NCBI GenBank assembly: GCA_963662405.2
Contig: CAXXKT010000001.1
Coordinates: 1,440,001-1,504,000 of the forward strand
Direction of reading: 5' to 3'
Length of the DNA: 64,000 bases
Source of the DNA: Syntrophales bacterium
GTDB lineage: Bacteria; Desulfobacterota; Syntrophia; Syntrophales; UBA2210
This document shows positions 51,686 through 60,802 of this stretch, in pieces (within the stretch, counting starts at the first letter, position 1; each line of letters opens with the position of its first letter). The notes beneath the pieces are model-generated. The model was not told where the DNA came from, ran no database searches, and saw only the letters and a program-made list of their open reading frames with translations. A program made the position numbers and the translations under genes.

Positions 51686-51998
51686 GGCGTTTCTGTCGGG
51701 TCTGCGGGTTTTTCCTTTTCGTGTCTGGTGCCTGTATTGTTGTATATCGTACGGGCACAGTCTCCGTATGGACGAATCGTGTAATCCGGATCACGACCAT
51801 GCCCGGTCGGTCTTGTACGAAAAGACGATTTCCAATCAGTAAGTGATGTGCACCTGGACCCTCTTACCGGTCGAGGAAGCCCTGGCTTTTTGCCCATTCA
51901 TTTGTCAGCCCGAAATAACCACCGGATAATTACGCCTTGACAAACAACTCGAATTATGGTGAAAGAGGCAGCTTACAGATCTTAAGAGAGGCTTTCCG

Positions 51999-52136
51999 AT
52001 GAAAAAGAATCTAACGAAGTTGAGCAACATCAAGAGAAAACGAACCCACGGGTTTCGTGCCCGGATGGCGACGCGATGGGGAAGGCAGATACTGAACAGG
52101 AGGAGAGCGAAGGGAAGAAAGCGGCTTGCGGTATAA
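51999..52136 (+). CDS. rpmH: 50S ribosomal protein bL34 (not in ORF track, 45 aa)
   Basis: [45 protein letters not shown]. Upstream of rnpA. Confidence 0.95.
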   Translation: MKKNLTKLSNIKRKRTHGFRARMATRWGRQILNRRRAKGRKRLAV

Positions 52137-52197
52137 CCCTTTGCGCCGGGAGACGCTCGTTGCCTTGTAACGGTGGAGGTGGGCCCTGCCGGATCTC

Positions 52198-52536
52198 ATG
52201 AAAGAACAATCCTTCGGAAAAAAGGAGCGAATACGCAAAAGGAAGCAGTATCTGGATATATACCGAAGGGGGGGGCGGCTTCACTCACACAATTTCATCG
52301 TCGTACTGAGCCCCAGTCCATCGGGGGAAAAGAGGCTCGGAGTAGCAGTCAGCAAAAAGGTAGGAAACGCAGTAAAGCGGAACAGGATTAAACGCCTTTT
52401 ACGAGAGTTTTTCAGATTAAACAAAGAGGGGCTGCCTGATTCAAAAGACATGGTGATCATAGCAAAAAAAGATGTCTCTTCGCTCACGTACCAGGGCGTA
52501 TGCTTTGAGCTGGCGGGTCTTTTGAACAAGAAGTAA
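52198..52536 (+). CDS. rnpA: Ribonuclease P protein component
   Basis: [25 protein letters not shown]. Confidence 0.95.
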   Translation: MKEQSFGKKERIRKRKQYLDIYRRGGRLHSHNFIVVLSPSPSGEKRLGVAVSKKVGNAVKRNRIKRLLREFFRLNKEGLPDSKDMVIIAKKDVSSLTYQGVCFELAGLLNKK

Positions 52537-52541
52537 TACTC

Positions 52542-52760
52542 ATGAGAGTTTTGGAAGATGTGTTCATCGCGTGCATCCGGTTTTATCAGGTAGCCATATC
52601 TCCCTATTTCCCTCAGCGCTGCCGATTTTATCCTACCTGCTCCGAGTACGCCATAGGTGCTATCCGGCGCTATGGTCCTTTCAGGGGGACCCTGCGCGGG
52701 TTTCTGCGCATACTCAGGTGCAACCCCTTTCACCCCGGTGGGTACGATCCAGTAGAATAG
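52542..52760 (+). CDS. yidD: Membrane protein insertion efficiency factor
   Basis: YQ..ISP...[23 protein letters not shown]. Confidence 0.93.
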   Translation: MRVLEDVFIACIRFYQVAISPYFPQRCRFYPTCSEYAIGAIRRYGPFRGTLRGFLRILRCNPFHPGGYDPVE

Positions 52761-52779
52761 TTAACCACGGAGGTCTTGC

Positions 52780-54411
52780 ATGGACAAGAGGACACTGCTC
52801 GCTGTTGTCCTGTCGTTAGCGTTATTGATGGGATATCAGTATTTTTTCCCGAATGCCCGGCCCTTTACCCCGAAGACTCCTCAGGAAATGGGAGAGGTTC
52901 AGGTCGAAGGACAGACGGTCGATGGCGGCGATCAAACCACACCTGGTATCGCTTCGGGTGTCGAGGAACGGAAATCATTGGTCGCAGGAGAGGCTGACCG
53001 TGGCGAGGGGAAGGATGTCGTTGTAAAGGGGGCACTCTATACGGCGGTCTTCAATTCACGGGGTGCGGGCCTGAAATCATTCAAACTAGAAGGGTACAGC
53101 GAAGAGCTCGAAAAGGATTCGACGCTGGTCGAGATGGTTGATATCGGAGACAGCCAGCGCTACCCGCCGGCTGCAACCTTTCCGGGGGCCAGCATCGATA
53201 TCCCCGCCGATGCCCTTTACGAGACAGGTGTCGAATCGGTCGATTTTACCGATGCCTCGGGTAGTAAGGAACTGGTCTTTTCACGATCATATCCCGGCGC
53301 ACTGCGGGTGGATAAGATTTATACCTTTTACCCTGACAGCTACTCCTTTGATCTTGAGGTCAGGGTGACGAACCTGTCGAACAATACCATCAAACAACAG
53401 GCCCGTCTCGTCTGGAGTCGGTATGCCGACCCAGAGGATAAGGCCAGCAGATACAGCCATGAGGGGCCCATCTCGTATGTCAAGAACAAGGTCGTTTCCG
53501 AGAAGGTCAAAAAGTTGGGGGGCCGGAAATTCAGTGACCCGGATGTGTCGTGGGGGGGATTCGAGACGAAGTACTTCATAGCGGCGTTGATACCGACGCA
53601 GCCGTCTCTCACTCGATTCGTTGTCTCCAAGGATTCCAACAATATAGTCGCCACCGAGCTCGAAGGGCCGAAGACCGTTATCCCGCCCGGTCAGTCGGGT
53701 TCGTTCAGCTATTCCCTGTATCTCGGGCCGAAGGAATACGACCGGCTTAAGGGACAGGGTGTCGGCCTTGAAAATGCCATCGACTTCGGGTCATGGATCA
53801 AGTGGCTTGCCCTGCCTCTCCTCAAGGCCCTGAAATGGATCGTTACGTATGTCCATAACTATGGGGTCGCCATCATTATTCTGACCATACTGGTCAAACT
53901 GATTTTCTGGCCGCTGGGGAATATCAGCTACCGGTCGATGAAGGGGATGCAAAAACTCCAGCCCCAGATGAAAGCGCTTCAGGAGAAATACAAGGACGAC
54001 AAGGCCAAGCTCCAGCAGGAGACGATGGCCCTTTACCGGGCCAACAAGGTCAATCCGATGAGCGGCTGTCTCCCCATGGTGATTCAGCTCCCCGTCTTCT
54101 TCGGTTTATACCGGGCGCTGCTCTACTCGATAGAACTGCGGCACGCCCCGTTCGTCTTCTGGATCCAGGACCTGTCGGCCAAGGACCCGTACTACATCAC
54201 CCCCATCGTTATGGGAGCGACTATGTTCCTCCAGCAGAAGATGACTCCGACGGCCGGAGGAAACGAGATGCAGGCAAAGATGATGTTGTGGATGCCTGTC
54301 ATCTTTACCTTCCTCTTTCTCAATTTCCCCTCGGGGCTGGTTATCTACTGGTTGTTCAATAATATTATCAGTATCGGTCAACAGTACTACATCAATAAGA
54401 AGAGCTCCTGA
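52780..54411 (+). CDS. yidC: Membrane protein insertase YidC
   Basis: N-terminal TM, periplasmic domain, YLGPK, IDFG, NYG.AII, GCLP, WIQDLS..DP. Confidence 0.96.
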   Translation: MDKRTLLAVVLSLALLMGYQYFFPNARPFTPKTPQEMGEVQVEGQTVDGGDQTTPGIASGVEERKSLVAGEADRGEGKDVVVKGALYTAVFNSRGAGLKSFKLEGYSEELEKDSTLVEMVDIGDSQRYPPAATFPGASIDIPADALYETGVESVDFTDASGSKELVFSRSYPGALRVDKIYTFYPDSYSFDLEVRVTNLSNNTIKQQARLVWSRYADPEDKASRYSHEGPISYVKNKVVSEKVKKLGGRKFSDPDVSWGGFETKYFIAALIPTQPSLTRFVVSKDSNNIVATELEGPKTVIPPGQSGSFSYSLYLGPKEYDRLKGQGVGLENAIDFGSWIKWLALPLLKALKWIVTYVHNYGVAIIILTILVKLIFWPLGNISYRSMKGMQKLQPQMKALQEKYKDDKAKLQQETMALYRANKVNPMSGCLPMVIQLPVFFGLYRALLYSIELRHAPFVFWIQDLSAKDPYYITPIVMGATMFLQQKMTPTAGGNEMQAKMMLWMPVIFTFLFLNFPSGLVIYWLFNNIISIGQQYYINKKSS

Positions 54412-54426
54412 TATGAGGTAACGGGA

Positions 54427-55158
54427 ATGAAAGACCTACTCGAGATAGAAGGAAAAACGATAGATGAGGCCATTCGCAAGGCCTGTGATGCATTCAATGT
54501 TCCAAGAGAGAAGCTGGGCATAGACATCCTTTCCGAGGGTTCGACGGGTTTTCTGGGAATCCTGGGGGTGAAACCGGCCCGCATCAGGGCCAAGATCCTG
54601 TCGATAGAGATAACCACGGACCGATCACCGGAGGAAGGTGCAGCGACCGTTCCCGTTACCGTCGAACAGGTTCCCGAAGATACCGTTCCTGAGGAAACCG
54701 CCCGTGAGGCACAGACCTTTGTCGAGGGAATTCTTTCTCATATAGGGTTTGATTTTCCTGTCACGGTTGTAGAAAAACGCGAATCCATCATTCTGAATAT
54801 CCAGGGCGATGGGGGTGGCCTTCTCATCGGGCGCGGAGGGCAGACACTCGATGCAATCCAGTACCTGACCAACAAGGCGCTCAACAAGAATGGCAACGGT
54901 GGAAAGCGGATCATTATTGATACGGAGAATTACCGGAAGAAGCGCGAAGAGAGTTTAGTGGCCCTGGCGGAGAAGCTGGGGGAGAAGGCCAAGCGGACAC
55001 GGAAACCCGTGACGGTGAATCCGCTGAACGCGCACGACCGCCGGATCGTACACATGGTGCTCCAAGAAGACAAAGACCTGACCACACGGAGTCGAGGAGA
55101 CGGTATCCTGAGAAAGATCGTTATTGTTCCCAAAAAAGGCGGTAAGGCGAAGTCCTGA
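54427..55158 (+). CDS. jag: Jag/EloR/KhpB RNA-binding protein
   Basis: Jag_N (GKTIDEAI), KH (LIGRGGQTLDAIQYL), R3H (RRIVH). Confidence 0.92.
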   Translation: MKDLLEIEGKTIDEAIRKACDAFNVPREKLGIDILSEGSTGFLGILGVKPARIRAKILSIEITTDRSPEEGAATVPVTVEQVPEDTVPEETAREAQTFVEGILSHIGFDFPVTVVEKRESIILNIQGDGGGLLIGRGGQTLDAIQYLTNKALNKNGNGGKRIIIDTENYRKKREESLVALAEKLGEKAKRTRKPVTVNPLNAHDRRIVHMVLQEDKDLTTRSRGDGILRKIVIVPKKGGKAKS

Positions 55159-55181
55159 CGCTGGAGGGCACCCGGAACGCC

Positions 55182-56561
55182 ATGGCGGCATACGAAGACA
55201 CAATAGCGGCCATCGCCACGCCACCCGGTGTGGGAGGGATCGGTATTGTGCGGGTGAGCGGGCCGGGCGCCGAAGAGGTTTGTCGGTCACTCTTCAGGTC
55301 GGTTTCTGCTCCCGCGCCTTTGAAGAGTCATCACCTCCATCACGGTCATATCATATCACCCTCCACCGGAGAGGCAATCGACGAGGTACTGGTTGCCCTG
55401 ATGAAGGCGCCCCGTTCCTACACGGGCGAGGATGTTCTCGAGATCAACTGCCATGGGAGTCCCTTGATCCTGCAGATGGTCCTGGACGCCGTTATCAGGG
55501 TGGGAGGGCGGCATGCCGAGCCGGGGGAGTTTACCCGGAGGGCCTATCTCAACGGTCGCATGGACTTGGTGCAGGCGGAAGCGATTATGGATTTAATCGC
55601 CGCACGAACGGATCGGGGCCGGGCCCTTGCCCTTGCCGGTGTCAAGGGTGAATTGTCAGATGCGTTCAGTTCCTTACGCTCCGATCTGATCGACATTCTC
55701 GCCTCGCTTGAATCGGCAATAGACTTCAATGAGCACGATATCTCATCCCATACCGATTCCGTCTCACTTCAGGACCTCGAGGCTGTCATTTCGCGGATCG
55801 ATGGGATCCTTGAGACCTATCAGGAGGGGAAGTTCCTCAGGAATGGCCTGAACGTTGTGATTATGGGGCGGCCTAATGTGGGGAAATCGAGTCTCCTCAA
55901 CCGGCTTCTCGGTGAGCGGCGTGCCATCGTCACCCCCATTCCCGGGACCACCCGGGACTTTATCGAGGAGACGATTTCCATCAAGGGAATCCCGGTCACT
56001 CTCACCGATACGGCAGGGGTCAGGAAAGGTGCGGAGGCGAGTGAAGAGGAGGGGATCGCCTTCACATGGCACAAGGCACTGGCTGCCGACATTGTGATCA
56101 TCCTGATCGACGGGAGTGAACCTTCGACCGAGGCGGATGCTGAAATGATCGCCCGGAATCGGGAAACGTCTTTTATCGTAGTCGTCAATAAATCGGACCT
56201 CCCGCAGCAAGTAACCGATGCCCGACTGGGCGAGTTGTTCCCCGGCGTTGAACCTCTGCGGGTATCGGCAAAATTCGGTCAGGGGATAGCCGATTTAAAG
56301 GAACGCATCCACGTCCTGGCGACAGAGGGAAAGGGCGAGACGGCGGGTGGTGTTATCCTCACCAATCTCCGCCATAAAATCGTTCTTGAGAAAACCGCGG
56401 TGTCCCTCGCATCTGCCCGCGCTAATTTTTCCGACGGTAATATGGAACTGGCGGCATTCGATCTGAAAGAGGCGCTTGATCACTTGGGCGATATTGTCGG
56501 GGAGACGACGGTCGAAGATATCCTCGGCAGGATTTTTTCAACGTTCTGTGTCGGGAAGTAG
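55182..56561 (+). CDS. mnmE: tRNA modification GTPase MnmE
   Basis: DTIAAIATP, GEFTRRAYLNG, GRPNVGKSS, GTTRD, DTAG, FCVGK. Confidence 0.97.
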   Translation: MAAYEDTIAAIATPPGVGGIGIVRVSGPGAEEVCRSLFRSVSAPAPLKSHHLHHGHIISPSTGEAIDEVLVALMKAPRSYTGEDVLEINCHGSPLILQMVLDAVIRVGGRHAEPGEFTRRAYLNGRMDLVQAEAIMDLIAARTDRGRALALAGVKGELSDAFSSLRSDLIDILASLESAIDFNEHDISSHTDSVSLQDLEAVISRIDGILETYQEGKFLRNGLNVVIMGRPNVGKSSLLNRLLGERRAIVTPIPGTTRDFIEETISIKGIPVTLTDTAGVRKGAEASEEEGIAFTWHKALAADIVIILIDGSEPSTEADAEMIARNRETSFIVVVNKSDLPQQVTDARLGELFPGVEPLRVSAKFGQGIADLKERIHVLATEGKGETAGGVILTNLRHKIVLEKTAVSLASARANFSDGNMELAAFDLKEALDHLGDIVGETTVEDILGRIFSTFCVGK

Positions 56562-56646
56562 GGTATGTGCTATCATCGTGACCCGGTTGAGGAACGATGA
56601 TCAGAGATAGATGCGGTTCTCTTACCGAGATAAAGGAGTGCTAGCA

Positions 56647-57054
56647 GTGAAGATACAAATATTGGTTGCCGGGTACGTGTTCGTCGCGCGAGTCGAGGAG
56701 GATGCTCCGCGAACATGGACGGAATTCCATAAGCTCCTGCCGTACCGGCAGAAACTCATCCATGCCCGTTGGAGCGGAGAAGCCTGCTGGATTCCCTTGG
56801 GAGACTTCAAGCTTGATGTCGAGATCGAAAATGCCACAAGCTATCCCGCCCCCGGAGAAATCCTCTTCTATCCCGGTGGATTCAGTGAAACGGAGATTCT
56901 CCTGCCCTATGGGTCAACCTGTTTTGCCAGCAAGCTGGGGCAGCTTGCCGGAAACCATTTCCTGACCATCATCCAGGGGCAGGAGCATCTGAAGAGTCTG
57001 GGAAGGAACATCCTCTGGGAGGGCGCCCAGGACATCATCTTTGAAGAGCTCTGA
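56647..57054 (+). CDS. DUF3830 family (cyclophilin-like) protein
   Basis: IHARWSGEA.W, ENATSYPAPG..LFYPGG.SETEIL..YG...FASK.GQLAGNHF. Confidence 0.75.
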   Translation: MKIQILVAGYVFVARVEEDAPRTWTEFHKLLPYRQKLIHARWSGEACWIPLGDFKLDVEIENATSYPAPGEILFYPGGFSETEILLPYGSTCFASKLGQLAGNHFLTIIQGQEHLKSLGRNILWEGAQDIIFEEL

Positions 57055-57134
57055 TGTGTCCTCGAAAGACTGTATCGTATGGACGCATTTGATGGGCGGT
57101 ACTGAGAGGTATGATAAAAGAGAGATAGGCAATC

Positions 57135-57519
57135 ATGAAAGCGTATCTCCACGAGGCCCTCTCTCCGGCAGTCCGGTCTTATCTCCGTCTATTACTGATA
57201 TATCGCGCAAGAGGTCCTCTCGTTCAATGGGCGAGAAGTCTTATGTTGGGCAGGAGTGGGGGTTGTAGACGATTCCTGCCGTGCTGCGAGCAGCTGTTTG
57301 TCCATCAGAGTTCCGGGCTATCTCACTTCCTTGAAGAGCAGACTGGAGAAGACAGGGCGCCCGGCCAATACCGCTGAACCGATGACGGATGAAACAGAAC
57401 AAACGGAAGTGCGCCGGTTTCCGGACCCCAAATACCCCTCCGTGCAAATCGGCTTTTCGCTCCGCCGTAAAAATGCACCAGTAAAACTCATTCAAGAAAA
57501 ACCCGACCTGCCGGGATGA
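57135..57519 (+). pseudogene. Frameshifted hypothetical-protein pseudogene
   Basis: MKAYLHEALSPAVRS then +1 frame ISVYY*YIAQEVLSFNGREVL..VGVVDDSC...IRVPGYL...GRP....EPMTDE reads as one protein-like sequence with a frameshift near 57180 and an in-frame TGA. Confidence 0.5.
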
Positions 57520-57626
57520 TACCCACCTTTCGGAATCTGAGAATATTTCGGATGCCGGACCCGCATTGATTCAGAAGCGAAATTTAATCCGAACCTATTG
57601 ATCTCATACTGATTTTCGATAGGGGC

Positions 57627-57656
57627 TTGACACGGAGAGATGTTTCGTATTAGAAT
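57627..57656 (+). promoter_or_regulatory. sigma70-type promoter of ectABC
   Basis: TTGACA-N18-TAGAAT. Confidence 0.6.
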
Positions 57657-57924
57657 ATTTCCAACTGAAACATGTTTTGTAAGGTAAAGACCGGTCTGAG
57701 AAAATTGAGGAGTGGCCGTGCCTGTGTCACGACCGAGAGAGGATGACACCCGTTGGTCTTGAGGGCCTGTTTCTTCAACGGCGTAACGGGTGACCGTTTT
57801 AAATATTCCCCCGGATGATATATCGCCGCGGTTACATCCCAATAAATTTCGTTTCGCCGAGGAGCATTGAAGCGGCGGGGGCGATTGGTATCGAGAGGAA
57901 TGCAATGATCAGGGGAAATTCTGG

Positions 57925-58470
57925 ATGAACAGTTATGAAAAGAACATGGAAGACTTTTCGTTTCGAGAACCAGTGCTTGGTGACGGTGCGGCTATCTATG
58001 AACTCGTGAAGCGTTCTCCCCCTCTCGATCTGAATTCGCGTTACTGTTATCTGCTTTTGGGCGATCACTTCAGCAAAACCTGTATCGTCGCAGAGCACCG
58101 GTCGGATATCGTGGGGTTCATTTCGGCATACCCCCATCCAAAGAAACAGGACACCCTGTTTGTGTGGCAGGTAGTCGTGGACAAACAGATGCGAGGACGA
58201 AGGCTTGCGGGAGATATGTTGGAGCGTCTCCTTGCACGGGGTGACCCCTCGCGAGTTTCCTTTATAGAAACGACGGTTACACCGTCGAACCGGTCGTCAT
58301 TGCGTTTTTTCCAGACATTCGCGGACGCGAAGGGGGCCGGGTGTCGCCGCGTATCGTATCTCACCGAGGACCTCTTCGGGGAGGGCACGCATGAAGAAGA
58401 GGTCCTGCTCAGTATCGGACCCCTGGATCGAGCACACAGCATACATACACCAGTTAAGGAGAGAAAATGA
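57925..58470 (+). CDS. ectA: Diaminobutyrate acetyltransferase
   Basis: PPLDLNS.YCYLL...HF..TC, LFVWQV.V, ETTVTPSN..S...F, HEEE.L..IGP. Start may be 57946. Confidence 0.95.
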   Translation: MNSYEKNMEDFSFREPVLGDGAAIYELVKRSPPLDLNSRYCYLLLGDHFSKTCIVAEHRSDIVGFISAYPHPKKQDTLFVWQVVVDKQMRGRRLAGDMLERLLARGDPSRVSFIETTVTPSNRSSLRFFQTFADAKGAGCRRVSYLTEDLFGEGTHEEEVLLSIGPLDRAHSIHTPVKERK

Positions 58471-59753
58471 GAATCTTTGAACAGATCGAATCCCAGGTGC
58501 GGAGTTATGTCCGTCATTTTCCCACGGTATTTGCCAGCGCTAAGTGGTCCACCCTCTGTGATGAGCAGGGAAAAGAATATATCGACTTTTTCGCCGGTGC
58601 CGGGACGATCAATTACGGTCATAACAACCCCGTTGTCAGTGATGCCCTGATCGACTATATCAAGGGTGACGGCATTGTTCATGGTCTCGACAAAGCCACA
58701 ACGGCAAAAAAGCAATTTCTTGAAAAGCTGTATTATACCATTTTGCAACCCCGTCACCTTGAATACAAGGTCCAATTCTGCGGACCGACGGGGACCAACG
58801 CCGTGGAGACGGCACTGAAGATCGTGCGTATGGTGAAGGGACGCTCCAACGTCATCTCATTTACGAACGGATTTCACGGTCTCACCATGGGGGCCATGGC
58901 TATCACGGGAAACGCCTTCTACCGGGACGAGGCCTTCATAAACCGGGCAAACGTTACCTTTATGCCCTATGACGGCTATTTCGGGAATGGTACCGATACG
59001 GCCCTCTATCTGCGGAAATTTCTCGAAGACACGAGCAGCGGCGTCGATCTCCCCGCGGCCGTGATCCTGGAAACGGTCCAGGCTGAGGGGGGGGTCAACG
59101 TGGCGAGTTTCCAGTGGCTCAAGGATGTAGAACAGGTCTGCCGGGATTTCGATATCCTCCTTGTCGTGGACGACATCCAGGTGGGGAACGGTCGAACGGG
59201 GACGTTCTTCAGCTTCGAAGAGGCGGGAATCAATCCCGATATCGTCATCCTGTCAAAATCGATCGGCGGTGGGCTTCCACTGTCGCTGGTCCTGATGAAA
59301 CCGGAACTCGACCAATGGAAGCCGGGGGAACATACGGGGACCTTCCGGGGAAACAACCTGGCCTTTGTCGCCTCGACGCAATTACTGAGTTATTGGGATA
59401 ATGGAGATTTTCCCGATGCCATCCGCTATCGCGAGGGAATCCTCAAGGAAAGACTGGGGCAGATCACGGAAAAATACGCGGAACTTGGAGTCGAGATGCG
59501 GGGTCGGGGGCTCATCTACGGCCTGTACTTCCCCCAGCAGGGATTCAGCGGGAACGTCACGGCGGAGGCCTTTGAGCGGGGCCTGGTGATCGAACGTGCC
59601 GGGGCGAAGAACGACGTGATCAAATTTCTTCCCCCTCTGGTCATCGAAGAGGAGTTACTCCGTCAGGGTCTGGAGATCATCGATGAGTCGATTGCCGCCT
59701 GCCTCGACAAGAAGGAAGATATGATAAAAGGGGCCTTTTGCAATGATAATTAA
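58467..59753 (+). CDS. ectB: Diaminobutyrate-2-oxoglutarate transaminase
   Basis: ESQVRSY.R.FP, DFFAGAG..NYGHN, GPTGTNAVE, DDIQVG.GRTG, W.PGEHTGTFRGN. Confidence 0.97.
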   Translation: MRIFEQIESQVRSYVRHFPTVFASAKWSTLCDEQGKEYIDFFAGAGTINYGHNNPVVSDALIDYIKGDGIVHGLDKATTAKKQFLEKLYYTILQPRHLEYKVQFCGPTGTNAVETALKIVRMVKGRSNVISFTNGFHGLTMGAMAITGNAFYRDEAFINRANVTFMPYDGYFGNGTDTALYLRKFLEDTSSGVDLPAAVILETVQAEGGVNVASFQWLKDVEQVCRDFDILLVVDDIQVGNGRTGTFFSFEEAGINPDIVILSKSIGGGLPLSLVLMKPELDQWKPGEHTGTFRGNNLAFVASTQLLSYWDNGDFPDAIRYREGILKERLGQITEKYAELGVEMRGRGLIYGLYFPQQGFSGNVTAEAFERGLVIERAGAKNDVIKFLPPLVIEEELLRQGLEIIDESIAACLDKKEDMIKGAFCNDN

Positions 59754-60141
59754 GAAGATCAAAGAGATAGAGGGCACTGACCAGGAGGTCTTCGCCGAAA
59801 GCGGAAACTGGGTGAGTCGGCGGCTCCTGCTGAAAAAGGATGGGATGGGTTTTTCCTTCAATGAGACGATTATCTTTGCCAACACGGAAACCCCCATCTG
59901 GTACAAAAACCACCTTGAGGCCGTTTACTGCATTGAGGGAGAAGGGGAAGTTGAACTGGTTGAGACCGGTGAGATTATTCCCATCGCCCCGGGGACACTC
60001 TACGCGCTGGATCAGCATGATCACCATCTCCTGCGGGCCCGCGATCGTGACATGCGGCTCATGTGTGTCTTCACCCCACCGCTGGTGGGGCGCGAGGTGC
60101 ACCAAGCGGATGGTTCCTATGCCCTGCCGGACGATAACTGA
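59743..60141 (+). CDS. ectC: Ectoine synthase
   Basis: W.SRRLLL..DGMGFS, WYKNHLEAVYCIEGEG, YALD.HD.H.L, CVF.PPL.G.EVH..DG.Y. Confidence 0.97.
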   Translation: MIIKKIKEIEGTDQEVFAESGNWVSRRLLLKKDGMGFSFNETIIFANTETPIWYKNHLEAVYCIEGEGEVELVETGEIIPIAPGTLYALDQHDHHLLRARDRDMRLMCVFTPPLVGREVHQADGSYALPDDN

Positions 60142-60270
60142 TATCGATGTTCGGTGCTTGCGTGTTATCCCATCTTCTCTGATCCTGCGGGATTGAGGAT
60201 GGCCGGAAAGAGAAAATGTAAACCGGACACAACGCTGCGGCCGGTCACGCTGGTTGATACCCATGCCAGG

Positions 60271-60296
60271 GCGGAGGGATGCCCCTTCGCTTTTCT
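60271..60296 (+). terminator. Possible terminator downstream of ectC
   Basis: GCGGAGGG-atgc-CCCTTCGC-TTTTCT. Confidence 0.45.
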
Positions 60297-60802
60297 GCCC
60301 GTGCCCGAGGGATGTCCCCCTTTTTGAAACCGGATAAGCCGATCTCTGCTGCGGGGAGGATCCCCGGACAATGTGATAACGGTCCGGTCCATGGTTTGTC
60401 CATCTGTCGCCGGGTACTTCTGTCTCGGAACGGATGGACACTGCAATACCCTCCGCGGAGGTCCTCTTTCCTGATGGTTTTCTTTGTGCGCGGGGAAACA
60501 ACCTTTACACGGATCGATATGTGTGGTAGGCAAACAGCACCGCAGACTTTCGAGTGAGAGACCGGATTTTCAAAGCCAGATTCATCATATTCTTCATCAT
60601 GAGGGTGTCCCGGTCCTGATATCACAAAGCGGTCATGATTAAGAAACCCTGAAAAACGTATGACGCTGTAGCTTTCCCTGAAGTTCGAGGCAGTATATGC
60701 CCGGATGACTGATGCGGAGGGGTATCTGCATTGCGGAAAGATGGGGAAACGGTCATAAAGACATGTAGTCTTTACCTGATTATATACACGTGGTGGTGAA
60801 GA

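Noticed and set aside
51142..51998. oriC upstream of rpmH
   Set aside because: No dnaA and no DnaA-box cluster visible.
57380..57920. c-di-AMP or glycine riboswitch upstream of ectA
   Set aside because: Only short partial matches (e.g. CGCCGAGGAGCA); the conserved cores are missing.
60142..60802. ORFs and a short GAGGGATG(T)CCCC repeat in the ectC-kinase spacer
   Set aside because: ORFs lack protein-like features; the repeat is two short hairpin-like copies best explained as terminators.
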